A DNA stretch of 64,000 bases from the human T2T-CHM13v2.0 reference genome, Homo sapiens, in NCBI RefSeq assembly GCF_009914755.1, contig NC_060926.1; one strand, 5' to 3'. This document shows, piece after piece, positions 42,126-55,930 of this stretch. Both the position numbers and the translations under genes were made by a program. How positions within the stretch are numbered: the stretch's first letter is position 1; each line of letters opens with the position of its first letter. A model generated the notes under the pieces. It saw only the letters and a program-made list of their open reading frames with translations, was not told where the DNA came from and did not search any database.

Positions 42126-44356
42126 AATGAATAGAGAATGAAGCAAAATAAGGTTGTCAAGAATGGAGAAATCTTCATTATCAAATGAGATGATGAGTAC
42201 CCTAGGAGACCATCGACAAGTGCATTTCCTAACTCACAACAGCCTGTGGTTGTTCCTAGGGGATTCATCCCATCTGCAACTATAACTGATAAGACTTGTG
42301 AAAATCAAGAGGCTCTAATGCTTGCACAATGAACATGCCCTTTCACACAGAGATCTCAATGTGGTTTAAAAACAAAATATTATGAATTATGTCTTGATAA
42401 TTCATAATTAGGTATATAAACCTATAATTGGACATAAAACTTCCACTGGGGAAAAACACTTCAGTAAGGTTTTACCACCCAATTAGAAAATGTAATCGCA
42501 TATAGTTATAACTCAGTAAAACCATATCCCCTCATGCACACATGCACACACACACACACACACACACACACGCCTATATTCACTATGCCAACCCCAAAAG
42601 ACTGGATAGAAATGTATATTGGGGGGTTACTAGGACTCGTTTTTTCTCCTTTGCTTCTTGCACTAAATTTTCATTAATGAGTGCACATTTCTATTTACAT
42701 AAAAAGGAAAACCTTTATATTGTAAAAATATTATTTACAACTAGAACACGAGCTTAATGGAATAATTTATATTATTATTACTATCCTAATTGTAATCATT
42801 TATATCATCACTATCCTAATTGCAAATATGCTTTTGTAATCAAATTATATATACAACAATCCTCAACAATCTTATTTCGGCTATTATTTTACTTTCTTCC
42901 TAGATAATACAAGGTCAAACATCTTCATGAATAATTTTCAAATGATTGTATGTTCTGTACTGGTGGGTTCCAAAGTGTTAAGGCTTTATTGTATATATCT
43001 GTACAATTTTTTTTATTTTTAAGATAATCACATCCTATTTACCTAATTCTTAAGCCATCCAATAGACAAATTCTCAGAGCTGAAAATAAAATATTTTATG
43101 CACAAAGTCATGTGCATAAAATAAACAAGTTCCCTTAATTTAGCAAAAATTCTTTTTAATAATGATTTTGCTTCTTTCATCAATCAGGGTGGACAAGCTG
43201 AGTAGAAAACAATGTTCTTAATTTCTGGCATAGATAAGTTGTTCTGGTTCCCAAAGCTTAGGGTGAGGGCATGTTCTTGATGTTCTAATCTGAGCAGTTT
43301 CTGACCCAGAAAATTGTGGATGAGGACGGCTACTGTGTTTGGTAGCAAACCAAGTTAACAGCTGTTGTATCAAGCAGTATAGACAACTTTGCTAAAAAGG
43401 TGTTAAAAAACCCAGTTCAGTTAGATAAATGATTATTGGGTATCTATTACTGCACCTAGGGCTGTGTAAAAGAATAAATATCTATATATAGATATTAGTA
43501 CATATATAAGAATACATATGTATACATTAGTTTATATATACAAGGATACACACAAAACCACACTTATATATACATATATACATATATAATGCATGGGTAC
43601 CTGTGTGTGTGCACAACAATACCTTCTTCAAGGTATTTGCAATCTCTGAGGGGTGTATGACATGCAAACAATGTGGTCAAATGTCAAACTGCAGGTATTT
43701 CCCGTTGCTTCTTTTATGCACACCCTAATTTCTAAGCAAACTGGTGTAGTCACTCTTCCTCAAAAACCCTCACATCATCTTAGATCCCAGTGCTTCTCTC
43801 TTGCTGAACTCTCTTTCTCCCATGTTCCTACCATTTGTTACTGTCTTAAATTATGTTTGGTTACCAGGCGTATCTGAGATGCTACCTATCTCGTAAGTCC
43901 TTTGAAGATGCCTGTTCATTGTGATCACTCCCTACGTAGAAACTAAGCCACATTTTATTTGTTTCTCATTGACAACGTTCACATTTCTCTGACTTTCATA
44001 TAATTTCAACTTTTTGATATGATAGTTCCCCAACTGGTCTCTCAGCAAATAAAAAATTTTCAGGCATGCAAACAAGCAGAAAAATTCACCCATGATGAGG
44101 ATAAAAATAAATGAGTTAAAATTAACCCAGATATGACAAAGAAGATAAATTAGTAGACAAAAATGTTGATTGTTATTATACAAATAAAATAATATAAACA
44201 ACATTATGCCAATAAATTCAATAACTTAGATAAAATGAATTATTTTCTTAAAAGACACAAACTAACAAATATCAAGAAGAAACAAATAAATGAAATTTGT
44301 AGCTAAAAACCCTTTGCATAAGAAAACTCCTGGCCTAGAAGACTTCTCTGGTAAAT

Positions 44357-44641
44357 TTTGGGAGGCCGAAGCGGGTGGATCACCTGAGGTTGGGAGTTTG
44401 AGACCAGCCTGGCCAACATGGAGAAACTCCGTCTCTACTAAAAATACAAAATTAGCTGGGTGTGGTGGTGCATGCCTGTAATCCCAGCTACTCAGGAGGC
44501 TGAGGCAGAAGAATCACTTGAACCCAGGAGGAGGAGGTTGTGGTGAGCCAAGATCGCCACGATTGCACTCCAGCCTGGGCAACAAGAGTGAAAAATCTGT
44601 CTCAAAAAAAATAAATAAATAAAAATAAAAAATAAAAAAAT
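44357..44641 (+). mobile_element. AluSp/Sq-like, lacking its first ~35 nt, inside an old L1M fragment (~44030-44990)
   Basis: Starts abruptly at TTTGGGAGGCCGA, with CAACATGGAGAAAC. The flanks (ATGCCAATAAATTCAATAACTTAGATAAAATG; AAAACTCCTGGCCTAGAAGACTTCTCTGGTAAATT) are L1 ORF2-like. Confidence 0.9.
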
Positions 44642-46204
44642 TAAGGATGTAATAATATTTTATACATACTTTTCCAGAAAATTGATCAACTGTAAATACT
44701 TCTGAACTCATTCTAGGTGACCAAATTATTTTTATAACAAAACTAGATGCAATCATTGAGGAGGAGGAGTTCTATTTATATAAAATTTGAGAAAATGCAA
44801 ATGATCCTAATAGTGACAGAAAGTAGATACTAGTTGTTTAAGAATGAAGAAAGCAAGAATCAGGGAAGAAGAGGTTCAAGGAAACTTTTGAGAGTAATGG
44901 ATAATGTTAATTTTCTTGTTATATGGTGATGGTTTCACAAGTGTATACCTGTGTCTGCACTTATCAAATTGCAAATTGCAAGCTAAAATATGTAATCAGT
45001 AATTTGAGAAAGAAAAAGGCTATGGGCTAAATAGAGGCTATTGGTATATACCTTCATTTTTCATCTATTTTATTAAAATATTTAGAATTCTAAGTTATAT
45101 TATCAAAGACATGAAAAAAATCTAAAGCATCATTAATGATCTTTTCCCAAAGAGAATGACACAAATCTTTGATAATTCCTAAGACTTTAAAAATCAGCCT
45201 GAAAATATGTGCTGAGCACACTTTGATCTGCTTAGTTTTTAAAGGGACTTCCTTACCTTCTAACGATCAGGACACATAAAAGAAGACAGAAACAAAAATA
45301 GCAATACCATCTTTGAAAGCAATTGATTGGCTCTGTGGTTAAATCAAGCAATTGCAGAAGACACATAATTTCTTCTTTTGAACAAAGAGTACTGAGTTGT
45401 AGAAAATTATTGAGTATTTTAATTCAAATACAGAACTGCTACATTCCAAATGAAAAGTTACTCAATGTCAAATGATGCAGTTTTTATAACCAAGTACTCT
45501 GAATACCTTCTAAGCTACCGTTACATAACCCAATCTTGCAGAATGACCACCTACATAAGTAACAATGTTCTCATATGGAAAAATCCTGTGTGTCTATGCA
45601 TGTCTTTTTAAATTTTAGGATACAAAATACCCAGGATATCCCTCATGTGACAGAGCATGAATAAAACGTAATAATTCAATAAATAAAATTTATTAAAATA
45701 ATTTATAATTATTATATAACTATCAACGTTCCCACTTGTGATCTGATTGAAATACAAAAGTGAAAAGGATATGGTTGTAAGAAATCCATACTAAGAATCA
45801 GAAGAGCTAAAGTTAAAAGAAATTATATACCTATAATATATATTAATATTAACATTAAAATCTGGCCATAAGCAGAAGCGCATGAAATCGCATAAATAGA
45901 AACTATCAGAACAAGAAGCTACTGTGTCATTTTCAGTAAGTCCTGCTTGACTCTAAAACAATAAAAAGTTGATAATAAAATCTGTTAAATAATGAAGTCT
46001 TATCTATTCTGCAGGTCGATGCTCAGGAAATTAAACCCTAACCTTAATCTAAAATGCAGGGTTTATGGACGTAAAGACTTTTCCAGTATTTTTTTCATAC
46101 AGGCAAATATAACTGTAAAGCTCCATGATACCTTTATTTTATAGGATAAATAATTCCCCAAACAATTTCTATAATTGAACACAATGAAAACAAACGGGAT
46201 CAAT

Positions 46205-46428
46205 GGCATAATGCACAGCATGAGGACTACACTTAATAATATTGCATTGTACACTGGAAATTTGCTAAGAGAGTAGACTTTTAGGTACCTTTACCACCAA
46301 AAAAAAAAAAAAAAAGCTACCTATGTGAAATGATGGATATGTTAATTTGCTTGAGTGTACTAATCATTTCACTGTATATGTATATAAAACATCATGTTGG
46401 TCTACCTTAAACATATACAACAAAAATA
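46205..46428 (+). mobile_element. L1MA-type 3' end
   Basis: AAATTTGCTAAGAGAGTAGA, CTATGTGAAATGATGGATATGTTAATT.GCTTGA and AAACATCATGTTG...ACCTTAAA.ATATACAA. Confidence 0.8.
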
Positions 46429-47354
46429 GTATGGCAAACAGTATTACTCTTAAAAATGTGTTTACAGTCTACATTTAAAGGAGCAAAATAATCCTATTGA
46501 AGCAGAGAATATGTGACTGAAAAAAACTCTTTTAAGTACAAAGGAATATATTCTCTCTTCCCCAAAAGTCACAATTTAGGTAAACTATTTCTTTACTTCA
46601 AGAGGTATTAACTTTTTCTACAAAAATGGACATTATGTAATTTCCAGTTTGTTGAAGAGTTCCTCGTAAGTACAGAGATGTAAACATTCAAAGAGTTAGA
46701 AATGCTTTCAAGATCAATTTGTTTCTCCTTGAAGATAAGAAAACAGTAAGATCATATCGAGTCTAAACAAGGAACCAATCAAGTGTTTCTGGTCAGTGTT
46801 AACCATCTGAAATAACTGAGTCATATTACATCATTTAACTGTGGTATAATTTTTATATTGTTCAAAAAGAAATAGACAAAAGGGTATTTATGGTTTGCAT
46901 TAACTCCTGGTAGATTAAAAAATTTCTTTATTGGTGCTCACCACTGAAACATTAATATGACTTAATAAACTGAAACAGAGACTGAAAAGAACTATTAAGA
47001 AACAAACAAAAAACTTTGAGAAAAGAGATTGATACATGATGCAAAAACATGCTACTTTTTAAATGGAATAAATGGTGATGAAAGGGCTTTTGGAAATTAA
47101 CACTAATAATTTACATGAAAATGTCAACAGAAGGGGTAGAGGAAAAGTCCAATTTCTATCCCAGGAAGTGGGCAAAAAGACAGCAAGATGGATACTAGAA
47201 TAATAAAGAAAAACATTAGAGAGCCGGTTTGGGAGATCTAATATCCAGCTAATTGGGGTTCTACACATAAGGAATACAGAAGAGAATTAGACAAAATTAT
47301 CAAAGAAATAGTCACTTTCCCAGAACTTAGAATCTCCATGCTGAAAGGACCTCC

Positions 47355-47531
47355 CAAGGCCAGCTTCATGGGCATGTACCTGTGCAGTCACTCAGGGCCT
47401 TGCACTTGGGAGGGCCCTGCACTTTCCTTAGTGCTCTGCTGTCGCTATCTTGAAATTCTTGATAATTTTGAGCAAGAAACTGCATATTTTCATTTTTTCA
47501 CTGGGTCCTGCATGTTATGCAGATGGTCTTA
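47355..47531 (+). mobile_element. MER45A hAT-Tip100 MITE, inside an old L1ME-like remnant (~46970-48280)
   Basis: GGCCAGCTTCATGGGCATG.ACCTGTGCAGTCAC.CAGGGCC...TGCTCTGCTGTCGCTATCTTGAAATTCTT..TAATTTTGAGCAAG. Confidence 0.8.
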
Positions 47532-49004
47532 GGTCTGACCTAGAATTCTATACTCAGCCAAACTCTCAATCTAGTTTGAGGAAAGAATAAAGGCATTTTC
47601 AAATATTCAACAACTTCAAAAATTTGAATTTTCATGCACTCTTTTTCAAGAAGCCACTGAGGAGATGCATTTGACCAGTACAAGAACATAACAGAAAATC
47701 TAAGACAGGTAAGTTGGGAAGGGAAGTCTTACAATAAGAGGTATGTGTCCATCCTGGAAACTAACTAGTCCAGATTGAAGTATGAGTACAGAGGAAAGGA
47801 AGTGTGAGAGAAACCTGTAAGGGAAAAAATGGAACTAATGACCAATGGAACTGATAGAATGTTTGGAAATTCGTTTTGACAGATCAAGCATTTACAAAAT
47901 TGTGAAATATATGTATGAAAAAATACAATAATTATGAATCTAGGAGGAAGAAAGAAGTTGTATGAGATAGGAAACAGTCATAGTTTACTATCTGATTGAC
48001 AGTTGAATAATATATACAAAGTCATATTACTATAAACACTAGTAATTTTAAAACAAAATAAGGCACAATATCTCTTTTGAGAACATTAGAGTAAGGAAGT
48101 TGATGAAGTTAATGTACAAGAGTTATTTCCTCTATTATCATTGTGGATGTCCATAAAGTCTGAAATTGATAAATCAAGAAAGAATACAGCATTTTATTTG
48201 GAAATATAAATCTTCCTCCAAAAGAAGGAAGGACTAAAAGAGCTAAAACATTGTGATTATTCACTTCTGGGGAATTGACTGATATCTTTTGATAATTAAA
48301 AAAAGAATTTTAATGATGTAGTTCCCTATTTAAGTAAAATGTCCAAGTCACAAGGAAAGTGACTTAACTTAGAAGTCAGATCCTTTACTTGGTAGTTTTT
48401 GAATCACTGACCATGACAAATTTAAAAGCCTGAAAAATAAAAAGATGTCAAAATTCATCTTGAATTTAAAAGGTTTTGAAAAGGTATGAAGCATCCAAAG
48501 TTGATAGTGATGTTGAGATACAGTTCTAGGCTCTTTTAGGCATATGGCTAAGCCAAGGATAAAAAAAAATAGATTTAACATAAAAAATATATATATATAT
48601 ATCTTTTGTCACATATATCATGCTTATCTACTGAACTAACTGAAAACAGGCACATATTTCAGGTTTGAGGTAGACATAAAGAAGAAAATACACATTAAGT
48701 GAAAAGAGAAAGAGAAATATGATGAAACAAACTATGATGGCTGAATTTATCTTTTCTTTTTTCTTTTTGCAAAATCAGAGGAAAGAAAAAAGTGTGTTGA
48801 GTACTTTTACAAAAATCAAATTAAATTGTGGCTTAGAAAGAATGAAAGTGAGGAGATAAAAGGTTGGTTGGGCAAAGAACTCTGAGATTTGGGTGCTCCT
48901 GAAGCACTAAGGTGGTGAAAACCAGTAAAATCTATTACTATATTGGCTGAGCAAAGCAATCTCAGCACCAGTTCCACCAAAAATAACAAAGGAATGGTTA
49001 AAAG

Positions 49005-49357
49005 TGGTATATTAGACCAAACAAAATACCATGTACTGGGTGGCTTATAAACAAGAGAAATTTCTTTCTCGCAGTCCTGGAGGCTGGGAAATCCCTGACC
49101 GAGGTGTTGGCAGATTCAATGTCTGGTGAGGGCCTTCTTCCCAGTTCATAGATGGCTGTCTTCTCACTGTAACCTCACATGGTAGAAGGAGCAAACCAGC
49201 CCTCTGGGGTGTCTTTTATGAAGACACTAATCCCATTCAGGAGAGCTCTGCCCCCATGATCTAATCACCTCCCAAAGGCCCAACCTCCTACCGTCACCTT
49301 GGAAGGGTTAGAATTTGAACCTATGAATTTTGGGGTGACACAAATATATCAAATGGC
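49005..49357 (-). mobile_element. MaLR solo LTR (MLT1A/MSTD-like)
   Basis: ACTGGGTGGCTTATAAACAA, TGGAGGCTGGGAA.TCC, GTCTGGTGAGGGCC, CACTAATCCCATTCA and ATCACCTCCCAAAGGCCC...ATGAATTTTGGGG.GACACAAA. Confidence 0.85.
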
Positions 49358-50149
49358 TTGGGATATTTATTCTTAATTAATGCAGTACCATGTACCGACA
49401 CACTTCAAAAATGCACTAGCAGAGAAGAAAATCTTTTAAAAATAGATTTTTACACAAACATGCATACGGAAAAAAACCACAGAAAGAAAAGTCAACATGA
49501 TATTTTTCCAATTACAATAGATCACACAACACAAAAATATCTAAAAACAGAAATATTTCCATGGCAGATACTATTGGAGAGCATAGAAGTCCTTCTGTTA
49601 CTCTTGATACTCAGTGATAGAAAAATTGAGTCATTTCAAGAAGCGTCTCTTGAAAGGCCAATTTTTTGGAGATACAATTTGTGGCATAAAAAGCAATCAA
49701 ATCGAGTCCAAAAGAATTGATTGAGAAGACAACTTTTATTGTGAAGGTTGTTATATGTATTATAAAAATTATTTTAGACTCCAATTTGATTGATTCTCTC
49801 TCTCTCTTTCCCTCTCTGCCTTCTTTCATGTATGTATGAATACCTAAGTTTCAAGAAAAAACTAAAGTTGAATGACAAAAAACTCATATTTGGTTTTACA
49901 GAATTTCCCTTGCTTCTGTAGAAATGTAGCTTTTGTAGCCATAATCTCTCAGAATCATTGTAAATAATTCTTTCTTTATGATATCTTTGAAGCATTATAT
50001 TGACATTGACAGAAGTAGTTTTGAGAACGCATCATCACTGGTATAAACTTCTGAGTTGCTTAGCAAGGCTTAACAATAAGAATAAAAAATGAAATACTAC
50101 TAAATAAGTTAAGGTCTAACTAGGAAAACAAAACTCTGAACATTTAAAA

Positions 50150-50590
50150 CTAAGTTTAATTCTTGCAATTGATTACTTGGATGATGGGAGATGAGAAAAC
50201 AACCAGGGAATAGTGAGGATAACCCAAATAAGCAACTGCAGGAAGCTTTTGGAGGGTCAAAAGAGGGAGGCAGGATCACCAGACCCCAGTGGCTTTGGGA
50301 GTTCCTGCAGAAGAGAGAAACACCAGTGGGGACTGCCCACGGCAATCTTGAACCACAGAAGAGACACAACTAATGTAAGAGAGGCTTCCTCAAGGCAGAC
50401 AGAGAGGGAGAGGAATGCCCTGGCTTTTACCTTCCTCCTCACCTATCCTGACTTTATATGCCACTGGCCAGATCCAAGCACAAGTCAGCTGACAGGAACC
50501 TGGGAAATTTAGCTATGATTATACAGAGCACTGCAGGGCAGGGATAAAGCAAGGAATAGATCACAGGCTAGTAGGCCCAGAACCGCAATA
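50150..50590 (-). mobile_element. Old ERVL-type LTR remnant (LTR33/LTR16-like)
   Basis: AGCAACTGCAGGAAGC and CCACTGGCCAGATCCAAGCACAAGTCAGCTGACAGGAACCTGGGAAAT.TAG resemble ERVL LTR motifs; family uncertain. Confidence 0.45.
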
Positions 50591-51381
50591 CACAGTACCC
50601 AGAAGGTGTCAGAAAGTTTTTCTTGAGATTTGCAAATAAGGCAGAAAGGTAGGTGGCATGTTGTTTCTGTCACATAAAGGCAAAGCCAACCAAAAGGTAT
50701 CTAGAATAAGGTATTTAGTTCATCTTACTCTTTGATGTTGATTAAAGGGCCAAGGTTTAGCAAGGCTGTTTAGTTAACTTGCAGATTTTTGTCTGGTGTG
50801 AAAAAAAATAATTTTTATTTGGCAGAATAGGCACCCTCGTAAATTCATAATCTCATTAGACATCAACTAGATTTGCTTCTAACACAGCCATTTTATTGAA
50901 ACATTGCCTATGTATATCTAACTTTCTAAATGCTCTTTCAACCAGTCATAACTTCTTACTGATTCCCTCATTATTAATGATTTAAATAGAAACATTGGCA
51001 TATGCTCAATTTATATTTGCACATGACTAATACTTTTACCTTTGGAAAATTATATATTAACAAGGCATTACAAATTTTGGTACAATTAATTTCAACACCT
51101 TCAACATATAGGATAATAAATAATACTCCTAACTCTAGAAAGGAAGGAGGAATCTAAGAGATATAAAATTAATGACCAGAAAAATCATTTCCTTCCTCTC
51201 TCCCTTCCTTCCTTCCTTTCTCCCATCCTTCCTTCCTTTTTCCATTCTCTCTCTTTTCTCTGTTTCTTTGTTTCTGGTTTCTTTCAAGAAAACTAATAAA
51301 GACATGGCTCTCATGAGTTCCTAGAATGTAGACAAAAAATGAACAAAAATTGGTCTTAGAAGCTATGCTCCAAATAGCAAC

Positions 51382-52507
51382 TGCTGCAGGAAGTCAGGGA
51401 CCCCAAACGGAGGAAGCAGCTGGAGCCGCGGCAGAGGAACATAAATTGCAAATATTTCATTTTAATATGGACATATATCAGTTCCCAAAATTAATACTTT
51501 TATAATTCCTTATACCTGTCTTCATCTCAATCTCTGAACATAAACTGTGAAGATTTCATGGACATTTATCAGTTCCCAAATAATACTCATAATTTCTTAC
51601 GCCTGTCTTACTTTAATCTCTTAATCCTGTTATCTTCGTAATCTGAGGATATTTGTCACCTCAGGACCACTATTGTACAAATTGATTGTAAAACATGTGT
51701 GTTTGAACAATATGAAATCAGTGCACCTTGAAAAAGAATAACAGCAATTTTAGGGAACAAGGGAAGACAACCATAAGGTCTGACTGCCTGTGGGGTTGGC
51801 CACAATACAGCCATATTTTTCTTCTTGCAGAGAGCCTATAAACAGAGGTGCAAGTAGGGAAGATATCACTGAATTCTTTTCCTAGCAAGGAATATTAATA
51901 ATTAAGACCCTGGGAAAGGAATGCATTCGTTGGGGGAGGTCTATAAACAGCTGCTCTAGGAGTGTCTGTCTTATGTGGTTGAGATAAGGACTGAAATACG
52001 CCCTGGTCTCCTGCAGTACCCTCGGGCTTATTAGGGTGGGGAAAAAATCCCGTCCTGGTAAATTTGAAGTCAGACCAGTTCTCTGCTCTCGAACGCTGTT
52101 TTCTGTTGTTTAAGAAGTTTATTAAGACAATATGTGCACAGCTGAACATAGACCCTCATGAGTAATTCTAATTTTGCCCTTTGCCTTGTGATCTTTGCTT
52201 TTGTCCTTGCCCTGTTTCCTCAGAAGCATGTGATCTTTGTTCTCCTTTTTTGCCCTTTGAAGCATGTGATCTTTGTGACCTAATCCCTCTTCGTACATAC
52301 CATCCCCCTTTGAAATCCTTAATAAAACTTGCTGGTTTTGTGGCTCAGTTGGGCATCATGGTCCTACTGATACGTGATGTCACCCCTGGAGTCCCAGCTG
52401 TAAAATTCCTCTCTTTGTACTCTTTCTCTTCATTTCTCAGATCAGCCAACACTTAGGGAAAATGGAAAGAATATACGTTGAAATATTGCGGGCGGGTTCC
52501 CCCGATA
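51382..52507 (+). mobile_element. MER11 (MER11A-like; HERV-K11/HML-8) full-length solo LTR
   Basis: Begins TGCTGCAGGAAGTCAGGGACCCCAAACGGAGG and ends GAAATATTGCGGGCGGGTTCCCCCGATA (1126 bp). 6-bp TSD AGCAAC/AGCAAT. TATAAA at 51942, AATAAA at 52321. Confidence 0.93.
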
Positions 52508-54879
52508 AGCAATTCATTTGGGAATGCCATCATCCATTTGAATTTTTGATTTTTAAAAGTAAAGATCAAGTGCTGAGCATTTCCCAAGAGACCACCATAG
52601 TCTCACTGCATATGCATGACAGAATTCTCCACCTAGTTGGGCTTCTCTTGTAAGTTCATATCTGCCCCTACATGAGGCAAACAAAGCAAGTAACTTGGCA
52701 AGACGAATTTCTGATCTTAAACATAAAATAATGTACTAAACAACAACAAAAAATTGCCCTAGGTTGTCTTTAAGGAATTCTTAATGGTCTAGATCCTTGC
52801 TAGAGAGCTACTGGGTGCAAGAGAGACACCTGATTCTTAAGTGAAGTTTTTCTCATTTAACTGAGGTAAGCACAGTTCCATCTATATTGAGATGCACTGA
52901 GTTTCAGCAGGTGTTTCAGATGGAATTAAACTGCCCTGTGGAAAAAACAATATGGTATGTAACACTGTCAGAAAGCTGCTCACCTAGAATGGCTCACACT
53001 GTCACTTGGTCTTATCCTACTCTACTGTGTCCCTACCATGACAAGGTTACACTGAACAACTGTCAAGTACCATCCTCCACTACAGTGTATTCAATGTCAA
53101 TCAATTCACAGTACCAGACAGATATATTTACCATATGTGGTCTGGCCAAGAGATCCTGATGACTTCTTCTTGGAAGATCAAAATTTCTTCATAAAACATA
53201 TTTAATATAGTGATTAAATAGGACAATTTCTTAGTAAGTCTTGAATTCTCTACCCTTTCCTGTGTCCCTACAACAACTCACATCAAGACAAGCACTAGTC
53301 TGAAAATGGGCACATTTTCACACTTAAGGATCACATTTAAGGATGTGATTTAACAAGCTTACACAATTGAGTTGAGTCTTCTAATTTCAAAGTCTCTAGT
53401 GGATATAACACACACACAAAAGTGGATATAACACAAACAATCATCAATCTGCAGGAGAAGATGAGCTGGAGCATAAACTTTTGACATTATTTTTCCAGGT
53501 ATTTAACCATAAACACTAAAAGGCTTCAGTTCTATGTTTTGGTAGACTAAGATATAGAGAAAGTTTAGCATTAAAATAGAGTCTTTAAAGAAGTATCATC
53601 AGTAAAATTTACATTTCTATCATATGAGTGGTTTATAAGTCATTTTGATTAGCAGTTCATTCATAGTTTTGATCTAGTGTATAGTGGTAAATAGAAATGT
53701 TGTTTATGTATTATGGACTAGACTTCAAAATTACATGGATACTTATCAACACTAAAAATCTAACTGAAACAGTGATTCATGTTGGTCCAAATGTAAGAGG
53801 GGCCTCAGAAGTGAATACCTGTTTGACATTCCAGAAGGAGCCTTCACTCTGGTAAGTTCAACCCTGTTCTCTATAGTAGCCCAGCAATGATTAATTTGGA
53901 GGGGAAGAAAAATCTGGTAGAATTGACTAACCCAAGAATATGTGAAGTTCTTTTTACAATTTTTAACTTTTTAAAGTAAGCCAAACACAGTTTATACAGA
54001 TTTGTATAGGGTATTAGGAACAGAAGCATTAATGTAAAAGCTTAAAGTTTAAATTCCAAGATTGAAGTTCATTTCTTTTCCAACTCAGATACCTTACATT
54101 GGTAAATGACAGAGACTTTTATAGTTTCTTAGAGACTCTTATAAATTATGTTCTTTTAAACAATAACCAAAATCCTAAACCAAAACAATAACCAAGGTAT
54201 AATGAAAATAGGGCATAGAGGCAGGATTCTTAAAAAGTAAATTATCAGTTTTTTAGTTTAGTTTTTCATCTTATGTAGGCAATGAATATTCACTGTCAAG
54301 AGTTGGAGGATGAGCAGATTTTCAACAACGGTCTGTAGTAGGAGAAAATATGCCACTCTGTAATTCTTAGACGAGCACAACCTAAATTATCATGATGTAC
54401 AGAAACTCCCAAAGCATCCCAGCACCATAAAAAAATAGAGAAATCTTATCAGTCTTCTTTAGGACTTGTTCCCTGGGAAGCCAATGACCATCAAAACAGA
54501 ATGGCTTTGGTTACTGGTAAGAGCAACCTCCTTGTAGAATATATATTCATGGACCAGATTTTTAAAATCCTGCTTTCTTTTTCTTTCCACAGTCAATATT
54601 CTTGGAAGAATATCAACCCTGAATACCTATCATGTATCCTTTACAGCTTCAATGGTATAGGGTCTACATATCTTCAGGAAAATATCTTTGTAAATCTAAA
54701 TATTAAGGTTTTCTTTGGTCTTTCTCATTCTTTGAACTTCACTTTTAAAACATCTTTATTGGAGTAAATTATGGACAAAATTAAATGGCATATTTAATTT
54801 ACAAATACATATAGTTTTATAATGAAATAAAATATATTTAATTTCTCTTTCTCTCTACCTATCTCTGAAATCTTTTTAT

Positions 54880-55930
54880 AAAAATTAGCAGTTTCTTCAT
54901 CCACTTAGTCCTACCCTATGTTCTGCTCACTGGGACATCTCTTTAAAAATACTTTGATTGTTTTTTTCTGGGATTTTACTCTACATTTTAAAATGGTATG
55001 CTTATTCTGCTATCTCTTGGTTTATTGATACTGGATACCACCTATTGGCCTCCTGTTATGGTGAATAAGGACTTAGGTGTTTTTTATATATCTGCTCCAT
55101 TTTACCTTACCCTAAGTTACCAAAAATACTGTTTTATAATACTTGTAACATTAATAATCAAGGTTTACATTTTTATGATCAGACATACAGTGTTCATTAC
55201 ATAGCTGAATAGTGTATGAAGATTACATTTCCATGCCTTTGGGTTTTTTTTATTACCCAAAGTAATGAATTACTGCATTTTTTACTAACATTATGTTCTG
55301 AATGTCTATCCAAATTTTCCCCCTAAGCCCCATTTACATCTTCCAAATATCAATCAGCACTTCCTCTTTTATGCTGGAAACCTATCTTGGACCTGTATCT
55401 CTGGCTCACATTCAGATCTGTTGCTCTCCAGATCTTACACAGCTGTCATCCTGAGGCTGCCCTTGACCACATTTCCTGTTGGATTCCCTGTTTCTGGATT
55501 CTATGACCTCACTTCTGAATTTTCTTCTGTTTTGCACATTCTCCAGTAGTTTCCAAGAAAGTGTGTATGTGACATAAATCACTGAGTTTCTGAATGCTAA
55601 AAATTTTGTTCTTTCTTCCCACTTGATTGATAGTCTGACAGAATATTCTAGATTGAAAAGAATTTTCTCTCAAAATGTAAAGGCTTTTCTTCATTTCTTC
55701 TGTTAGGGGGAGTCCTATGCCTAGTGACTCTGCTCTGCCAGTTACCACTATTCCTTCTGTTTACATTTTTCAAAAATTCGCTAAAATAACCTATTCTCTA
55801 ATGCCTTCTCTTTTTTTCCTCTTTGATTTTGTGGGTTTATAAATTTTTATTTTCAATTTTAGGGGGTTTCAAGCTGGAAAAAAAATCAATACATGTGACC
55901 ATCCATCACCTTATTCAAAAGTAAGATTTT
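54880..55930 (-). mobile_element. Highly degraded L1ME-like remnant
   Basis: T-rich, with CACTTGATTGATAGTCTGACAGAATATTCTAGATTGAAAAGAATTTTCTCTCAAAAT (antisense L1 ORF1-like). Confidence 0.5.

Noticed and set aside
49358-49720. 120-aa ORF
   Set aside because: TTG start, AT-rich low-information composition, no recognisable domain, and antisense within an intron.
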